Source: a virus. From it: a DNA stretch of 64,000 bases. Shown here in pieces: positions 60,508 to 64,000 of the stretch. The notes below the pieces were generated by a model. That model searched no databases. It had not been told where the DNA came from and was given only the letters and a program-made list of their open reading frames with translations. How positions within the stretch are numbered: position 1 is the first letter of the stretch; every line of letters begins with the position of its first letter. The DNA is taken from IMG/VR virus record IMGVR_UViG_3300045988_126550, positions 1-64,000 of that record, one strand, 5' to 3'. A program made the position numbers and the translations under genes.

Positions 60508-62230
60508 ATGAAGTATAAATTAATTGGTAAAAATGATAAAGAAAATTTAATTGAGCAAGTTCTACTTAATAGAGGCATCGAGAATCCAGAGGAATACCTT
60601 TCTCTGGATTCAAGTTGCATAAATGACTATGATAATCTTGATAATATGGAAGAAGCCGTTGACTGCTTTGCGAAGCATTTTGAAAGGGGTGATTTGGTCG
60701 CTATCCTCGTTGATAGCGATCCCTGATGGATTTTCAAGTGCAGCAATGTTATATAATTATATCAAGATGTTAGATAAAGATTACCCCGTTAGGTATATTT
60801 TACATAAAAATAATAAAGCACATGGCCTTGCAAAGATGGATAATGGAGATTTTAATATTCCAGATGGTACAAAGTTATTTATAGTACCAGATGCAGGAAC
60901 AAATGATTCTGAGCAATTTAATAAACTTATTGATAATGGTGTTGATTGTATTTGCCTAGATCATCATGAGGCTGAAGATATAGCAAAATCAAATAAGACT
61001 ATTATTGTTAACAATCAAATGAGCAAAAATTACACAGATAAAGATTTTTCAGGTGCAGGAATTGTGATGGAATTTTTAAGGGCATTGGACGATTATTATA
61101 TCTGTGATTATGCAGATAAATTTTTAGACTTGTGTGCTTTTGCAAATATCAGTGATGTTATGGATATACGTAATTCTCAAACAAGATACTATATTGAAGA
61201 GGGTATTAAAAATGTACGAAATAAATTCTTACTAGCACTTGCAAAAGCACAAGAATTTAGCACAAAAGGTGTTACGAATATTCATACTATTTCGTGGTAT
61301 TGGACACCTATCCTAAACAGCATGATACGTATTGGTGAAATTGAGGATAGAGATCTCGTGTTTAGGGCTTTTATTGAAACAGATGAAGTATTTCCATATA
61401 AAAAACGTGGAAGTTACGTTGAAGTCGATGAAGATATTTATACAAGAGCAGCGAGACTTTGTAAAAATATTAAAGCCAAACAAGATAAGATGAGAGATGC
61501 CTTGTATGATGATCTCAAAGACGAGATTAATCCAGATGATAAAGTTGTTATACTTGTTGCAAATGGTGCAGACAGTGGCATTGTAGGTTTGTCAGCAATG
61601 AAGTTATGTGATTATGCACAGAAGCCGACCATACTTCTTCAAGAGTACAAGGATGGTGTTCTTGGTGGTTCTGCGAGAAATTATGATGGATCTCCAGTGA
61701 AAGATTTTAAAGAGTTGGTAAATTCTGTTGGATTGTTTAACTTTGCTCAAGGACATTCAGGTGCATTTGGCGTAGATATTGATGAAAATAAACTTGAAGA
61801 TGCGAGAGTGGCACTTAATGAAGCTCTTAATCATATTGAATATGACGATACTATTTATGTTGATTTTATTTTTGAGCCTTATGATTTAGATGCAGACTTC
61901 TTTCAGATACTTGATAAGAACCAATGGGTTTGGGGGCACGGGATTTCTGAGCCTTTGGTCGCAGTAGAAGGTGCTACAGTTTCTACAGATGAAATTGCTA
62001 TTATGGGCAAGGATAAAAATTCTATCTCATTTTTTGCAGACGGTGTAAAGTATTGCAAGTTTAAACTTTCGCAAGATGATGAACTGCTGCAGTTGGCAAA
62101 TGAAGCATCAGGAGAAGAAATTAAGCTTAATGTTGTTGGAGAATGCAGTATTAATGATTATGGTGGAAAAAGAGTGGCGCAAATGATTATTAATAATTAT
62201 GAAGTGCTTGACAAATCGGAAAAATCGTGA
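60508..62230 (+). CDS. RecJ-like DHH-family ssDNA exonuclease, interrupted by a +1 frame change at 60721-60726 (CCC TGA)
   Basis: Track ORFs 60508..60726 and 60623..62230 join as ..VAILVDSDP|DGFSSAAML.., restoring DHH motif I (D-x-D-x-D-G). Downstream: DAGTND, CLDHHEAE (DHH), and a GGSARN/GHSGAFG DHHA1-like region. Confidence 0.8.
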
Positions 62231-62236
62231 TATAAA
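62208..62236 (+). promoter_or_regulatory. sigma-A-like promoter TTGACA-N17-TATAAA, inside the 3' end of the RecJ-like ORF
   Basis: Followed after 5 nt by TACAAAATTA. Confidence 0.6.
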
Positions 62237-62238
62237 TA

Positions 62239-62253
62239 CAATACAAAATTAAT
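62239..62253 (+). promoter_or_regulatory. conserved intergenic motif copy
   Basis: CAATACAAAATTAAT, then TGAGGAGGAG. Confidence 0.7.
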
Positions 62254-62267
62254 TGAGGAGGAGCGCT

Positions 62268-62654
62268 ATGACCTGTATTGAAAAGTATAACGAACAAAAA
62301 AATATAACAAATAAGATTATCGTCAATCTTAATAAGGCCAAAGGCCTTACTGCTATTGGGAAAGAAGATTCTCGCAACGACAAGTATCAAATTATGTTTT
62401 ACGATCATAAAATCTGGGATGGTGATATTCAAGTATACTTTCATGCGTCATATGGGTATTATGGGGATTCTAGTGGCTATAGTGCTTGTTGCCCAGAGAT
62501 GCAGGATTATCTTTTAAAGGCACTTAATCATTATAAGGGTGAGATTGTAGATTATATTATGGAGCAAGCAGAAAAGGATAAAAATGATGCTTTGTTGGCT
62601 TGCAAGCAAGAAGCCGAGAGTATTTTAAAGCAAATTGAAGAGAAGATGCTGTGA
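62268..62654 (+). CDS. hypothetical protein, 128 aa
   Basis: Track 62253; ATG 62268 preferred (GAGGAGGAG SD). Confidence 0.6.
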   Translation: MTCIEKYNEQKNITNKIIVNLNKAKGLTAIGKEDSRNDKYQIMFYDHKIWDGDIQVYFHASYGYYGDSSGYSACCPEMQDYLLKALNHYKGEIVDYIMEQAEKDKNDALLACKQEAESILKQIEEKML

Positions 62655-62655
62655 G

Positions 62656-62669
62656 AGTACAAAATTAAT
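62656..62669 (+). promoter_or_regulatory. conserved intergenic motif copy
   Basis: AGTACAAAATTAAT followed directly by GGAGGAGG. Confidence 0.7.
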
Positions 62670-62685
62670 GGAGGAGGTGTAGGAA

Positions 62686-63438
62686 ATGAAAGGAAAGACT
62701 GGAACAAATTATCCAAAAGGATATTGGGAACAGTTTAAGGAAGATATTGTTTATTTATATAAAAATAAAATAATGTCTACATATCAATTAGCAGATAAAT
62801 ATAATACTACTCCTGTTACAATTGTTAGAAATTTAAAACGATGGGGAGTTTATGATAAATCAACTGCGTTTTGCAAAAAAAATAAATTTGAAGATTGTGG
62901 AGATTTTTATATCGGATATACACGTAATAATAATTATGAATTTTATATTGATAAAAAATATTATGATTTGATTTGGCAATATTGTTGGTATAGGCATAAA
63001 GATGGATATCTTAGAACATGCATTGGGAAAAAAGAAAATGGCGGGAATATCTATAAACTTATGCACGTAATGATTATGGAGGCAGAAGGTTATACTTGTG
63101 CAAAAGACGAAGAAGTGGATCATATTAACGGAAAGCCAAATGATAATCGAATTGAAAATCTTCGTATAGTAAGCCACAAAAATAATATGAAAAACGAAAA
63201 ATTGTATAACAATAATACAAGTGGTCACAAAGGCGTGTATTATTCAAAGAGAGAGAAAAAATGGAAGGCTGCTATTACAAGTGACAATGTAGTCTATCAT
63301 CTTGGCACGTTTAATACAAAAGACGAAGCAATTTGCGCTAGAGAAGATGCGGAACAGAAACTACATAAAGAATATAACCGCGCAAAAGAAGATCTATATA
63401 ATGGCACAAGACAAAGTGATTATGAGGTGGCTATATGA
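62686..63438 (+). CDS. HNH-AP2 homing endonuclease
   Basis: ..VDHINGKPNDNRIENLR.. (HNH) followed by SGHKGVYYSKREKKWKAAIT..HLGTFNTKDEAICAREDAE (AP2). ATGA overlap with the polymerase gene. Confidence 0.85.
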   Translation: MKGKTGTNYPKGYWEQFKEDIVYLYKNKIMSTYQLADKYNTTPVTIVRNLKRWGVYDKSTAFCKKNKFEDCGDFYIGYTRNNNYEFYIDKKYYDLIWQYCWYRHKDGYLRTCIGKKENGGNIYKLMHVMIMEAEGYTCAKDEEVDHINGKPNDNRIENLRIVSHKNNMKNEKLYNNNTSGHKGVYYSKREKKWKAAITSDNVVYHLGTFNTKDEAICAREDAEQKLHKEYNRAKEDLYNGTRQSDYEVAI

Positions 63439-64000
63439 GATATAATAATTATCATAAACATACAATGTATAGTAATTTACGCACTTTAGATTGTGTTGTA
63501 AAACCAATTGATTACATTAATCGTGCTAAGGAGCTTGGTCATACCACATATTTTACGACCGAACATGGATTTCAGGGTAATATCTATGAGGCATTCACTC
63601 TTTGTCAGCAAAATGATTTAAAGTGTATTTATGCAGTAGAGGCGTATTATGTTGATGATATAAAGGATAAAACAAGTCGTGAAATGTATCATATAATGCT
63701 TATTGCAATGACTGAAAACGCAAGGCGTGAGATCAACAAAATAATGTCTATTGCAAATACAGATGGATATTACTATCGTCCTCGTATAGATTTAAAGTTA
63801 TTATTAAGCCTTACGCCATCAGAAACAATTATTACTACTGCATGTATAGCTGGGCGTATGTTTAAGCCGAGAAGAACTGAAAAGACAAAGAATATTATTG
63901 GTTATAAAGAAACAGTTGTATATGATAGCGGCCCTGGATATATTGATGAAGCTGGCCATATTGAAAAAATTCCAATTTATGAAACAATTTCAATAGATGA
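63435..64000 (+). CDS. DNA polymerase III alpha-type (PHP domain N-terminus), partial; runs off the window end
   Basis: Own translation MRYNNYHKHTMYSNLRTLDCVVKPIDYINRAKELGHTTYFTTEHGFQGNIYEAF..AVEAYYV..YHIMLIA: the classic PHP H-x-H..S..D / T-E/D-H-G / E / H pattern. No stop before nt 64000. Confidence 0.75.
   Translation, partial: MRYNNYHKHTMYSNLRTLDCVVKPIDYINRAKELGHTTYFTTEHGFQGNIYEAFTLCQQNDLKCIYAVEAYYVDDIKDKTSREMYHIMLIAMTENARREINKIMSIANTDGYYYRPRIDLKLLLSLTPSETIITTACIAGRMFKPRRTEKTKNIIGYKETVVYDSGPGYIDEAGHIEKIPIYETISID

Noticed and set aside
60508-60726. Treating 60508..60726 and 60623..62230 as two independent genes
   Set aside because: The break falls in the middle of DHH motif I (DSDP|DG). 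The second ORF's track start lies in the overlap and has no SD.

Overview
This window is a segment of a large, low-GC tailed dsDNA phage (or prophage) genome with Firmicutes-style GGAGG Shine-Dalgarno sites. I saw no rRNA, tRNA or CRISPR. Positions 1-26241 form one minus-strand arm. It carries virion and packaging genes (small-terminase candidate, large terminase, portal candidate, protease/scaffold candidate, major capsid protein). Upstream of these lie a metallophosphoesterase, an HU-like protein, a PhoH-like ATPase, a ClpP-like protease, a 948-aa protein with RdRP/YonO-like RNA-polymerase motifs, and many small Zn-ribbon ORFs. Positions 26.25-27.48 kb are an ORF-free divergence region with an iteron array next to a winged-helix gene. 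Positions 27.5-64 kb form a plus-strand arm. It starts with a visibly GC-richer block of small early ORFs. It continues with a DNA methyltransferase, a phosphatase, a tyrosine recombinase, an SSB-like protein, an AAA_24-like ATPase, a DnaB-like helicase, a TOPRIM primase-like protein, a RecJ-like exonuclease and the start of a PolIII-alpha (PHP) polymerase. Five observations stand out. (1) About 31 copies of a 15-nt motif CAATACAAAATTAAT sit just 5' of ribosome-binding sites on both arms. (2) There is a candidate single-subunit RNA polymerase. (3) A group I intron, with readable P/Q/R/S core elements and a GIY-YIG endonuclease, splits the major capsid gene. (4) A RecJ-like gene needs a +1 shift at CCC-TGA. 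(5) There are six homing-endonuclease-type genes. All functional calls rest on reading motifs by eye; no database searches were run.
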